A stretch of 64,000 nt of DNA from an uncultured Planctomycetota bacterium (lineage in GTDB: Bacteria; Planctomycetota; Planctomycetia; Isosphaerales; Isosphaeraceae): NCBI GenBank assembly GCA_963818975.1, contig CAWFUI010000015.1, forward strand, positions 230,979 through 294,978, in the 5' to 3' direction. Position numbers and translations under genes: made by a program. This document shows positions 52,920 through 63,787 of the stretch, piece after piece. The notes beneath the pieces were generated by a model. The model was not told the DNA's origin, did not search any database, and was given only the letters and a program-made list of their open reading frames with translations. The stretch's first letter is position 1, and the number at the start of each line of letters is the position of its first letter.

Positions 52920-53689
52920 ACTATGCAAGATAAACGCCGTCGCCCTGGTCACCGGGGCCAATCAAGGAGTCGGTCTTCAGGTCGCAAAGGAACTGGTGGC
53001 AGCACGGCTTCACTGTGCTGGTCGGGTCGCGCAATTTCGAGCGCGGCGAGGCCGCGGCCAAGGAGATCGGGCCGGGCGCCATCGCGCTCCAGCTCGACGT
53101 GACGGATCAGGCTTCGATCGCCGCCGCGGCGGAGCGCATCCGCAAGGAGTTTGGCCGCCTCGACCTGCTCGTCAACAACGCGGCTATCTCGAATACAAGG
53201 AAGCGGCCGGCTTGTCCCTTCGGGAGTACGCGCAAGATAAGCCTGCCCGAGCAACGTGTCCCTCGATGAAGTGCGCGCGGTGTGGGAGACCAACGTGTTC
53301 GGCGTCCTCGCCGTTTACCAGGCGATGCTGCCGCTCCTTGCGCGAGTCGTCGGACGCCCGCATCGTCAACGTGTCGAGCGGCGTTGGCTCGCTGACGCAG
53401 CAACGCGGACCCGGCCTATCCCTTACCAGCGCGATCTTCGGCCCCGTTTACCCTGCGTCCAAGGCGGCTCTCAACGCCATGACGCTGGCCATGATGATCG
53501 AACTGGAGTCGACCGGGATCAAGGTCAACCTGGTCTCTCCAGGGCTTCACCAAGACGAACCTTAACGGATATGCGGGCACGGAGTCAGTCGAGGACGGCT
53601 CCCGCGAGGTGGTGCGCGTCGCGCTGCTCGGCCCGGACGGCCCGACAGGTACGTTCACGCGCTGGGAAAACGTAACGATCCCGTGGTGA
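52920..53689 (+). CDS. short-chain dehydrogenase/reductase (SDR) family oxidoreductase; at least three apparent frameshifts
   Basis: ALVTGANQGVGLQVAKELVAA (TGxxxGxG), ...LLVNNAAI, ...PVYPASKAALNAMTLAMMIELESTGIKVNLVSPG (YxxxK), ending ...WENVTIPW. The frame slips near 52935, 52990 and 53555. Confidence 0.65.
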
Positions 53690-54052
53690 TGAAGTGGCGG
53701 GCACGTGTTAATGGGCTCGGCCCGAACTTCCAGGCAGTCTGCGATCGGCGGTCCGTGGTGATGAAGTGGCGAGCGCGTGTTAATGGGCTCGCCCGAACTT
53801 TCAGACCGAACTTTCAGACAGTCTGCGATCGGCCTCAAGGAACATGTCGCACGATTTCTTCAGACAATGCCGGCATACCACTGCTGGTCTCATCAGTTCG
53901 TCGGCATCTCACCAATTTTGGATGCAGATCATCGAGCGACGCTTACCAACCACGACATCATTCCGCAGGATTTGAACGATCTAACGCTCGGCTTGGAATA
54001 GTGTGCACCGGGAGCAGAACGCCGTAAGGCCAAGCTGAATGAGCTCTCTACC

Positions 54053-54643
54053 TCAGACGCTCTTTGATCGTTCCCGGTAAGCCCCCAAATCGATCCCCCA
54101 AGAGGTCCGGACGATTTCCGGGACGACGCCGAGGGTCGCTTTGTCGTCCGCCCACTTCAGAATTTCGGCGCGTTTCGCAGCGTCGGTGCAGAGTCGGTCC
54201 GGGCGAGGGGTGATGCCTACGCGACCAAGGTCGAGCCGATCGGCGTCCCAGCAGGTCTGGATCGTGACGTCAGGATGGGTACGCTCGTGAGAGTGCCCTG
54301 TGCAGGCAGAGTGCAGAAGGTGAAACTCGTGGTCAGGCAGGTCGAACAACGTCCCTCGCACCTTCAGTGCGAATGCGGCGGCGCGAGGTCCGTGCTTGGG
54401 ATCGCCGCCTTCATTAACCCGGCGGCAGTCGTGCAGAATGGCAAAGAGCTGCACGACGTCGACGCTGGCCCCAGTTTCCTCGGCCAGCCTAAGCCCGTTT
54501 TCCAGAACCCTTGCCCAGTGGGCGATGCCATGATCGCCGTCCCAGGGAAGGACATACCCTTCGAGGATGCCGTGGAGTATCGAGGTGATGTTGAGTGTGG
54601 GCAATTTAATTGCTTCTCGTTGAGGCGCCTCGTCTCCGCACAT
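54053..54643 (-). CDS. HD-domain metal-dependent phosphohydrolase-like protein
   Basis: H...HD...D pattern: GDHGIAHWARV ... FAILHDCRR ... CWDADRLD, 196 aa. Confidence 0.55.
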   Translation of the reverse strand: MCGDEAPQREAIKLPTLNITSILHGILEGYVLPWDGDHGIAHWARVLENGLRLAEETGASVDVVQLFAILHDCRRVNEGGDPKHGPRAAAFALKVRGTLFDLPDHEFHLLHSACTGHSHERTHPDVTIQTCWDADRLDLGRVGITPRPDRLCTDAAKRAEILKWADDKATLGVVPEIVRTSWGIDLGAYRERSKSV

Positions 54644-55095
54644 GATCTTGTATCATTATTGGATCTTAAAGAAGCTTATTCGTCCCCCGCGGGCTGGTCA
54701 ATCGGGCGCCCACGAATCTGTTAGTTGGTGCTCCGTCGATTCAGGAAGGCCCCCGTTGGCTGTCCAACGTGACGAACGTACAGATTTCACATCCTCGAGA
54801 GTATCGCGCAAGATTGAATTGTCCTTAGCTAGAGGCTTCGACCGCCTCGATCGGCCCGCCGCGGTTCCCCATTGGGCGTTGTGCCGACATTTTGTGTTTC
54901 CGCTCCTCGAGGATCTCAAGTCCCGGAGCGTTCGAGGCTGTTCGACGAGCCAAGTCGTCGATCGGCCGCGTTTGGTCGTCAATTCCCTTTCGATAGGAGG
55001 CGCCAGTGCGCTCGAGTCGCGGAGTGTTCCTGAGATTCTCGTTTTTGTCATGGGTTCGAGGAGTCAAAAGACCTTTATCACTTCCGGCCTACGAG

Positions 55096-55497
55096 ATGGA
55101 TCGATTCTATATCGCGGGATTTCAATACCACGAAGGTCCAAGGGTTCTGGACAGGATGACCGAGGGGCAGGAGTTGACGCTCGTTCGCGAGCCCACGAAC
55201 CCGCACGACGACCGTGCAGTCGCTCTCTTTTGGAAGGACCGGAAGATCGGCTACGTTCCATGCAAACGGAACCACGCGATCGCTCGGCTTGCCGATCAGG
55301 ACGCCCCGCTTTCGTGCAAGGTGACCGTTGTCGATCGATACGCCAAAACGTGGGAGGCTGTGGAAGTCTCAATCGCGATCCAGACTCAAGCCGTCGCAAG
55401 CCCTTCTCGCATCGAGAAACGATGGCTTTTCGGTGTGTCGATCGACACGCGCAACTCGGCGGTCGTGGAACTCGACGATCCAGTCTATCTGGGGTGA
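55096..55497 (+). CDS. standalone HIRAN-domain protein
   Basis: MDRFYIAGFQYHEGPRVLDRMTEGQELTLVREPTNPHDDRAVALFWKDRKIGYVPCKRNHAIARL matches the HIRAN consensus (GxxYxxG...L.L.REP.NPhD..Ai.V......IGYvP). Confidence 0.7.
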   Translation: MDRFYIAGFQYHEGPRVLDRMTEGQELTLVREPTNPHDDRAVALFWKDRKIGYVPCKRNHAIARLADQDAPLSCKVTVVDRYAKTWEAVEVSIAIQTQAVASPSRIEKRWLFGVSIDTRNSAVVELDDPVYLG

Positions 55498-55808
55498 CGC
55501 AGCTCCCGATCGACGCGAATTCTGGAAAACCAAAACATCAGGCACTTGACGAATGTCCGGGAGTCGGTTAGCCTCCAAGTACGACTTTCGTAAGAAGGCA
55601 GAAAAAAGAGGCTAAAGTTCGCGTCTGATTTGTTCAGTCGATTCATTTTGCGTTCAATCTCGAACGACGTCGGGCGAATGGATTTCTTTGGCAGTGCTCG
55701 TTTCGTCCGCCAGGCCTTTCGAGCCGCTCCGTTGAGAGGACGTTTGCAAATGGTTATGGTTGCGCGGGACGGGGTGGGGTTTTGGGCGGTCGGCTGCTCG
55801 CCTCGACG

Positions 55809-58800
55809 ATGCTTACGCTCGCGATTTTGAACTCCTGGGCCCTCGGCGCACGTGCCCAGCAGGACTCTGATTCCGCAAAGTCGTCTCAGCTTTTCGCGGG
55901 TGCTGTAGAAGAACCTTTCTCATTCGAGCAGAACACTTCGACGACGTTTGAAAGCCGTTTCTCGGAGATCTGGGCGGCTGCGTTTCGCCCAGACGGAAAG
56001 ACCGTTGCGATTGCCTCTGGAAAATGGGACAGACCTGGCTACCTGAAGATCTACGACGTCGAGACGCGGAAGGAACTCGTCAATCTCGCCGCTGCCAATA
56101 ACGCTTGGATTCGCTGCCTGGCGTTCACTCCCGACGGCAAGACCCTCGCGACCGCGGAGAACAGCGAACTGAAGCTCCGCGACCCAGCCACCGGCGACGA
56201 GATGCGAACGATCAAGTGCAAAGACGGCAGGATCGACGCATTTGCCTTTAGCCCCGACGGCAAGTTTTTCGCCACAGCGAAGAACGACCAAGTGAGAGTC
56301 TTCGACCTCGAGAAAGGCGCCGAGCAGTGGCACGCCAAGGCGCACGCAGGTGGGTGCTACGCGGTTGCCTACTCGACCGATGGGAAATGGGTCGCGACCG
56401 GCGGTGCGGACGCTCAGGTCAAGAGCTGGGACACGGCGACACACAAAGAACTCAAGACGTTCAAGCCTCCAAAGGCGGTTCCGGGGTCGTTCAATTCTTG
56501 GCAGTGAGTCCGGACGGGACGAAAATCGCCTCGGCTTCTTGGGACAAGACGATCACGATTTGGGATGCCTCGGAAGGCAAGGATCTGGCTCGACTTGAAG
56601 GGCATGCGGAAGCGGTTTTGGCCGTGGCATTTTCGCCCGACGGCAAGACGCTGGCCTCCAGTAGCGGTCGATGGGGAGGAGGCGAATCCAAGCCCGCGAC
56701 CCCGACGCCGAACCGCCGAGGAGCCCAACCCGCCGCCCCAGTGGCGGACGAAACGACCGTCCCGGGAGAGGTCAAGACCTGGGACCTGCAAACGTATAAA
56801 GAATCGTCGTCTTGGACCGCGCACAACGACCGGGTCTTTGCGCTGGCGTATAGTGCCGACGGCAAGACTCTTGCGACGGGAAGCTGGGACAAGACGCTCA
56901 AGCTTTGGGACCCAGCCAACCGCTCCGAGCTCGCCTCTCTACCCCCCATCGCCGAGATCGAACAGCCCAAGATCATCCTGGCAATGGCAGCCTCGCCGGA
57001 CGAGAAATGGCTCGCAACCGGCGGAGAGGACAAGATCGTAAGAGTTAGGGACGCGCTGACTGGGAAGATGAAATTCGCGCTCACTGGGCATCAAGACGCC
57101 ATTGCTTGTATTGCGTTTAGTCCCGACGGCAAGACGCTCGCGACAGGCAGTTTCGACCGTGTCGCCAAACTTTGGGACGCCGAGACGGGTAAGGAGCGGG
57201 CGACGCTGAAAGGACACAAGGGCTGGGTGCTCTGCATGGCATTCTCACCCGACGGACAATTTTTGGCGACGGGAAGCTATGACAAAACAATTCGGCTCTG
57301 GCATGTGGCCGACGGCCGCGAATCGGGCTCGCTCGAAGGCCATCGCGCCGCAGTGCGCGGGCTCGCTTACGCACCCGACGGCAAGACGCTCGCCTCCGGC
57401 GGCGGCGACCGATTGATCAAGATCTGGGACTTGGAGTCGCTCAAGGAAAAAGCCAGCCTCAAGGGGCACAAAGGCGGCATTCGCGGAATCGCCTATAGTC
57501 CTGACGGTTTGACCATCGCCTCGTCTGGGGAAGACAACGTCGTCAAGCTCTGGGACGCGGGGTCCGGCAAAGAACGAGCCACGCTTTCAGGCCATAACGA
57601 CATCGTCTGGTCGGTGGCGTTCTCGCCCAAGGGCGGAACCTTGGCGTCGGGTTCGTTTGACGGCATGGTCAAAGTCTGGGATCCCGTCGCCGGGGTCGAG
57701 GTCGAGACGCTTCAAGGGCACTCCGACGCGGTCTCTTCGCTCGCGTTCGCCGATCAGGGACGAATGCTCTATACGGGCGGGTACGACAAGCTCGTTCGCA
57801 CGTGGCATCCCGCCACTCCCACGCTCTCCCCGTTCGCGACGCTCCGCGGCCACAAGGGACAAATCTGGTTCGTCAAATACTCTCGCGACGGGTCTCTTTT
57901 GGCCAGCGGCGGAGAGGACGGGACGATCCAAATCTGGAACGGTCGGACGCGTCGATTTATGAAAAAAATCGACATGATGGGTTCCGTCCCACTCAATGCT
58001 GTGTTCACGCCCGACGGTCTCTTGCTGGCCACCTCTTGCCAGGACGGGTTGATTCGCTTGTGGAATCTGAATATGGGCGAATGCGTGAGCGTTTTGGAGG
58101 GGCATTCCAAAAGCGTCCCTGGGTTGGCGATCTCCGCCGACGGCAAATTGCTCGCGACCGGCGGGCTGGACAGGACCATTCGAATTTGGGACGTCGATTC
58201 GAGGCGCGAGCTAAGAGTTTACTCCGAGCAAGCCAGTCCGATCAATGCGGTCGCCTTCAGTCCGGACGGCAGGACTTTGGCTTCCGCGTCGGGCTCGGCG
58301 AACGAGCAGGGACCTGGCGAGGTCAAGCTCTGGGACGTGGCCACGGGGCGCGAGCTCAATTCGCTGGCGGTGGTCAAGGGGGAGCATAGGCCGATCCACT
58401 CGGTCGCCTTCGACGCATCCGGCAAGTATCTGGCGGCAGGCGGCGACGAACAGAAAATCCGTGTTTGGGACCTCCAGGAGATGAAGGCCCTCGAATCGAT
58501 ACCGGTCAATTTCCGAATTCGAGAGGTCGCGTTTGCACCTCGTGGATTGTTCGTCGCGGCTGGCGGCCAAAACGGCTCGTTGGCGTTGTGGGAGACGACG
58601 ACGAAACGCAAGAAGCTCACCCTTCAAGGCTACCCTGGTCAGATCAACGGGTTCTGTTTCTCGCCCGATTGTTCGACCGCGGCGTGCGTGGGAGGCGACG
58701 ACTCGATTCGCCTATGGGATCTTACTCCCAAGAAAAAGCCCGAGATCATCTGGAAGAACGGAGCGGCGCTTGGCGTCTGCTATTCTCCAGAAGGAGATCG

Positions 58801-60671
58801 GATAGCGATCGCCGCCGACGACAAGACAGTAAGGATCCTCGACGCCTCGACAAAGAAGGAAATCCGCAAACTCTCAGGCCACTCGAAGCGCGTCTGGTCC
58901 GTGTCGTTCAGCCCAGACGGCAAGCTGCTGGCGTCCTCCAGCGGAGATTACGAAAAACGCAACGAGGCGGGCGAAATCATAGTCTGGGACCTCGACTCCG
59001 GCGCCCAAAAGGCTGTGCTCAAAGGGCACACAGCGCCGATTTTCATGGTCAAGTTCAGCCCGGACGGTAAACTGCTCGCGTCGGGCTCGTGGGATTCGAC
59101 CATACGTCTCTGGGACGTCGACTCGCTGAAAGAGAAATGCGTGCTCAGCGGTCATAAGGACGGCGTAAGAGCGCTCGTGTTCCTGGTCGACGGCAAGACG
59201 CTGGTTTCGGGCGGATACGACGGCCACGTCAAATTCTGGGACGTCGCCGCGCAGAAAGAAGTCGGCGACGTCGCCGCCCATAACGTGGGGATCAACGGTC
59301 TGGCGCTCTTCACCTGACGGGCAGACCTTGGCGACGAGCACTTCGCCGGCCGCGAACAACCCGAACAATGGTATGCAACAACAGGCAGGCGAGATCAAGC
59401 TTTGGGACGTCGCCAAGAAGACGGAAACGGCCAAGCTTGCAGGGTTGACCGCGCCTGCGCTTTGTCTGGCGTTCAGCCCCGACGGTTCGATGCTGGCCTC
59501 TGGAGGAGGCGTCTACGGTCAGTCGTCCGAACTGCTCTTGTGGGACCTCAAGTCTCGAAGCATCCGCGCGAGGCTCGCTGGGCACGTCCGCTGGGTTGAG
59601 GGTGTTGCGTTCTCGCCCGACGGCAAGTCTCTAGCGGCCGTCGGCGGCGTGAGCAGCGCTCCTGGCGAAGTTGTTATCCACAACCTGCGAGACCTTAAAC
59701 GTGCAGCCCTAAAAGTTCTTGCTGGCTCGCCCCAGCCGATCTGGCAGCTCGCCTATAGTCCCGATGGAAAACGCGTGGCGGCAGGTACTGGGGATTACAA
59801 AAACCCGGCGAACGTCCTGGTCTGGGAACTTTCGGAAAACAAGCTCGAGCAGACGCTCAAGGGCCATGCCAACGGCATTGGGTCTTTGGCGTTTCGCGGC
59901 GACGGCAAGTACCTCGTTAGCGGGTCTTGGGATCAAACCGTCAAAATCTGGGACGCGGCCGCCTGGACCGAGAAGACGACGCTCAAAGGGCACGCAGCAA
60001 AGGTCAAGGCCGCCTTCACTCCGGACGGCAAGTTCGTGGTTTCCGCGAGCGAAGACAAAGAGATCCGGATTTGGAACTTTGAGGACGGCAAGCTCGTCAA
60101 AACGTTGAAGGGGCACGAATACCCAATCCTTTCCATGGCGATCAGTCCCGACGGGCGGATTTGCGCCACGGGAGCCGGCAAGCTCGAGAACGAGGGCAAA
60201 GGCGGGGAACTGAGGCTCTGGGATCTGGTCGAAGGCAAAGAGCTCGGCAAGCTCGAGGGCCACACGCAAGCGGTCCGCACCTTGTCGTTCAGTCCAGACG
60301 GGTTGACGCTGGCGACGGGCGCCTCCGACCACACGTTGCGACTCTGGGACGTATCGAGTAAAACCTTGATGCGATATGCTGGCGCATTCGAAGCCAATGT
60401 TTATCGGGTTTATTATTCCCCTGACGGTCGAGTTTTGGCGGTTCTGTTCGAAAACGATCCTGCGGTTCATCTTTTCGATTCGACAAGTTTGGAAGAGTTG
60501 ACGGTGCTTGAAGGGCATCCTCAAGCGTGTTATTCCGCGGCGTTCAGCCCAGACGGCCGCTTTCTGGCGACCGGCGGCCTGGACATGTCGGTAAGAATTT
60601 GGGACGTCCAGGCGGCTCTGGACGCCGCAAGGACTAGCGGCACGGATTCAAACGGGAGCTCGATTCCATGA
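55809..60671 (+). CDS. giant secreted WD40-repeat protein (~1,620 aa, about 28 or more WD40 blades, i.e. multiple beta-propellers); two apparent frameshifts (~56475, ~59312)
   Basis: Signal peptide MLTLAILNSWALGARAQQ. WD40 units are repeated throughout, e.g. GHAEAVLAVAFSPDGKTLASSS, GSWDKTLKLWD and GHKGWVLCMAFSPDGQFLATGSYDKTIRLWH. Three track ORFs (55782.., 56327.. and 59328..) join after single-base corrections. Confidence 0.8.
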
Positions 60672-62369
60672 GTAAGCCGGGAACGAAGCAGATCGGCGGG
60701 TTCGTTATAGGAGTCGCCGTATTGGGCGCTGCCCTAACGGTTATCGCCAGTCGCGCAAGCGAACCGGCGGCCGATCCCTCCCCGGGTAAGGTTGCTCCTG
60801 GAAAGCTCAAACGCTCTGCCGCCGAGATCGAGCGCGACGTACAGAAGCTGGCGCAAAGGATCGACGAGCTCGTTGAGGTCAAGGCCGTCGAAGCCCAGGT
60901 GGTTCCCGCTCCCGTCGCCGACGACGCCGAATTCCATCGCCGAGCCTGGCTCGACGTCGCGGGCAAGATCCCAGCCGCCGCCGACGCCCGCGACGTTCCT
61001 GGCCGATCAAGATCCCGCCAAACGCAAGAAGCTGGTCGACAAGCTGCTCGCCAGCCCAAATTACACCGCGCATTTTACCGAGGTTTGGCGCGAGCTTCTG
61101 CTTCCTGAAACCAACACGTCTTTCGAACTCAAGTACGTTGTGCCGACGTTCGAAGCTTGGCTGAGAGACAAGCTCAGGACCAACGCGAGCTACGCGGATC
61201 TGGCTCGCGAGGTGGTGACGATGAAGCTCAATTCGAATTTCAACGGAGGTTTTAGCTTCTTCAACCCCGGCGAGACGCCGAGTCCGTCGGCGTATTTCAC
61301 AGCCAAGGGCGCCAAGCCGGAAAATCTGGGCGCCGCTGTGGCTCGCACCTTCTTGGGCATTCGCATCGAATGCGCCCAGTGTCACAACCATCCTTTCGCG
61401 CGTTGGAAGCGGGACGAGTTCTGGGGTTTCGCCGCATTCTTTGGCGGAGTCGAGCGGCAACCCGGCCCCGACGACCAGATCTTCTTCGCGATGCGCGAGG
61501 TGGTAGACCGTCGCGAGGTGGTCGTTCCAGGGTCCGAACGGGCGATTCAGCCCGGCTATTTGGGCGGCGGCGAGCCCGAGCTCAAGTTCAACGTCTCTTC
61601 CAGGCTTGCACTTGCCGACTGGATGACTTCGAAAGAAAACCCTTACTTTGCCAAGGCCGGCGCCAACCGGGTTTGGGCGTGGCTCTTCGGGATTGGTTTG
61701 GTGGATCCGGTCGACGACCTGAACGATCAGAATCCCCCGAGCCATCCAGAGCTGCTCGACGAGCTGGCCCGCGAATTTGCCAACCACGATTACGACGTCA
61801 AGTTCCTGTTCAGGGCGATCATGGCGAGCAAGGCTTACCAGCGTTCGAGCATACCGGCGACGCCCAGCTCCAGCGGCGATGAGATCCGGCTCTTCACGCA
61901 CCACGCCGTCAAAGGCCTTTCCGGCGAACAACTTTACGACAGCCTGGCGCAGGCGATCGGCATGGTCGTCGAATCCAGACTCAATGCCAACCCGTTCGTC
62001 ATCAACCAAAACGACGACACCCGAGCGGGCTTCGTCGAGAAGTTCCGGAAGACCGAGGAGAAGCCGACCGAGCACGACACCTCGATTCTTCAAGCCCTCG
62101 CCCTGATGAACGGGAAGATGGTTCAGAACGCCGTCGACTTGCAGCAGACGGGCACTTACTCGGCCGTGGCGGAGGCTCAGTTCCTGGACGCAAGGGGCAA
62201 GGTCGAGGCGCTCTATCTTGCCGCTCTTTCGCGCACGCCCAAGCCCGAAGAGCTCGATCGCATGGTGGAATACGTCGAACGGGGCGGGCCCACGGGCCAT
62301 CCCAAGAAAGCCCTTGCCGACGTCTTCTGGGCTCTGCTCAACAGCGCCGAATTTATGCTGAATCATTGA
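60668..62369 (+). CDS. PSD1-type protein (DUF1549 plus DUF1553 domains) with N-terminal TM anchor; one apparent frameshift near 61000
   Basis: MSKPGTKQIGGFVIGVAVLGAALTVIA (TM), ...FLGIRIECAQCHNHPFARWKRDEFWGFAAFF (DUF1549 motif), ...LNSAEFMLNH (DUF1553 C-terminus). ATGA overlap with the WD40 gene stop. Confidence 0.8.
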
Positions 62370-62424
62370 TGCACCGTTTCAACCTCGCCTCGAGCTTCGG
62401 CGACCTTTTGAAAGGTATTGGGAC

Positions 62425-63787
62425 ATGAAACGAACGAGCGCGGATGATCTGGGTTCGAGCGTCTCCAGACGCGACTGGATGAAACTGGCCGCCGCGGGCT
62501 TCTCCGCGTTCTCGGCTTCCGGCTGGATCGAATCGCTCGCGGCCAGCGCCGCGGCCGACCCAGCGCGGAAACGGGCGTGCATCTTGCTATGGATGAGCGG
62601 CGGGCCAAGCCAGATGGACACCTTCGACATGAAGCCAGGCCACGCCAACGGCGGGACGTTCAAGCCGATCGACACCGCCGTTCCAGGCATACAGATCTGC
62701 GAGCATCTGCCGAAGGTCGCCAAGGAGATGAAAGACGTCGCCATTATCCGCTCGATGAGCACGAAAGAAGGCGACCACGGCCGAGCGACGTACTATCTGC
62801 GAACCGGTTATACTCCCCAAGGCGGCATCCAGTTCCCGACCATGGGGTCGGTGCTCTCGAAGGAGCTCGAGGAGGCGACTTCGGACCTGCCCAGTTTCAT
62901 CAGCGTCGCCCCGTTCAAATTCCTGAGCCCAGGGGCGTTTGGACCTGGATTCCTGGGGCCCGCGATACGCCCCACTTGTGGTTGGCGACGTCGGTTTCAA
63001 CGTCCCCCAGGGCAACGCTTACGAGCAGGCCCTGAAGGTCGGAGATCTCGATCTGCCTGGCGGAATCAAGCTAAACCGCTCCGACGCACGTTTGGGCTTG
63101 CTCGAAGGAGTCGAGCGAGACTTCATGGCCAACAGGCCCGCCGGATCGCCGCTGGCGCATCGCACGGCGTACGAACGCGCGGTCAAGATGATGCGATCTC
63201 CGGCCGCCAAGGCGTTCGATCTGAACGAGGAATCGGGATCTCTCCGCGACGCCTACGGCCGCAACCTGTTCGGCCAGGGTTGTCTCCTGGCTCGCAGGCT
63301 TATCGAGCGTGGGGTTCCCTTCGTCGAAGTCTCGCTCAACGGCGTCGACGGCGGCGGCAACATCGGCTGGGACACCCACCAGCAGAATTTCGACAGCGTC
63401 AAGAAGCTTTGCGGCACCCTCGACCCAGCCTGGTCGACCTTGCTCCAAGACTTGCGGACCAGAGGCATGCTCGAATCGACTCTGGTGGTTTGGATGGGCG
63501 AGTTCGGCAGGACGCCTCAGATCAACGGTCAGGGGGGCAGAGACCACTTCCCCAACGCCTGGACGACCGTCCTTTCCGGCGGCGGAATCAAAGGCGGGCA
63601 AGCGCACGGCAAGACCTCGGCCGACGGCACGATGGTCGCCGACAACCCTGTGACCGTTCCCGATTTTATGTCCACCATCTGCAAATCGCTGGGCATCGAT
63701 CCGATGAAGCAGAACATGTCGGACGTCGGCAGACCCATTCGAATCGCCGCTCCCGAGGCCAAACCGATCAAGGAGCTGCTCGCGTGA
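62425..63787 (+). CDS. DUF1501-domain protein (sulfatase-like fold, Tat signal); one apparent frameshift near 62950
   Basis: Tat-type N-terminus MKRTSADDLGSSVSRRDWMKLAAAGFSAFSASG, ...GGPSQMDTFDMKP. The second frame has ...GWDTHQQNF...WMGEFGRTPQINGQGGRDHFPNAWTTVLSGGGIKGG, which are DUF1501 signatures. Confidence 0.8.

Larger units (their letters stand above)
50015..53832 (+). repeat. cluster of at least 11 same-strand copies of an 18-mer family CAGACAGTCTGCGATCGG (two abutting palindromes CAGAC-W-GTCTG and GCGATCGg), mostly next to locally duplicated flanks
   Basis: Copies at ~50015, 50083, 50908, 51962, 52048, 52076, 52098 (truncated), 52113 (truncated), 53731 and 53815, all in plus orientation; none seen elsewhere in the window. 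Associated tandem duplications lie at 50881-50911 (14 bp x2), 51901-52072 (~86 bp x2) and 53686-53840 (~72 bp x2). Confidence 0.75.
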
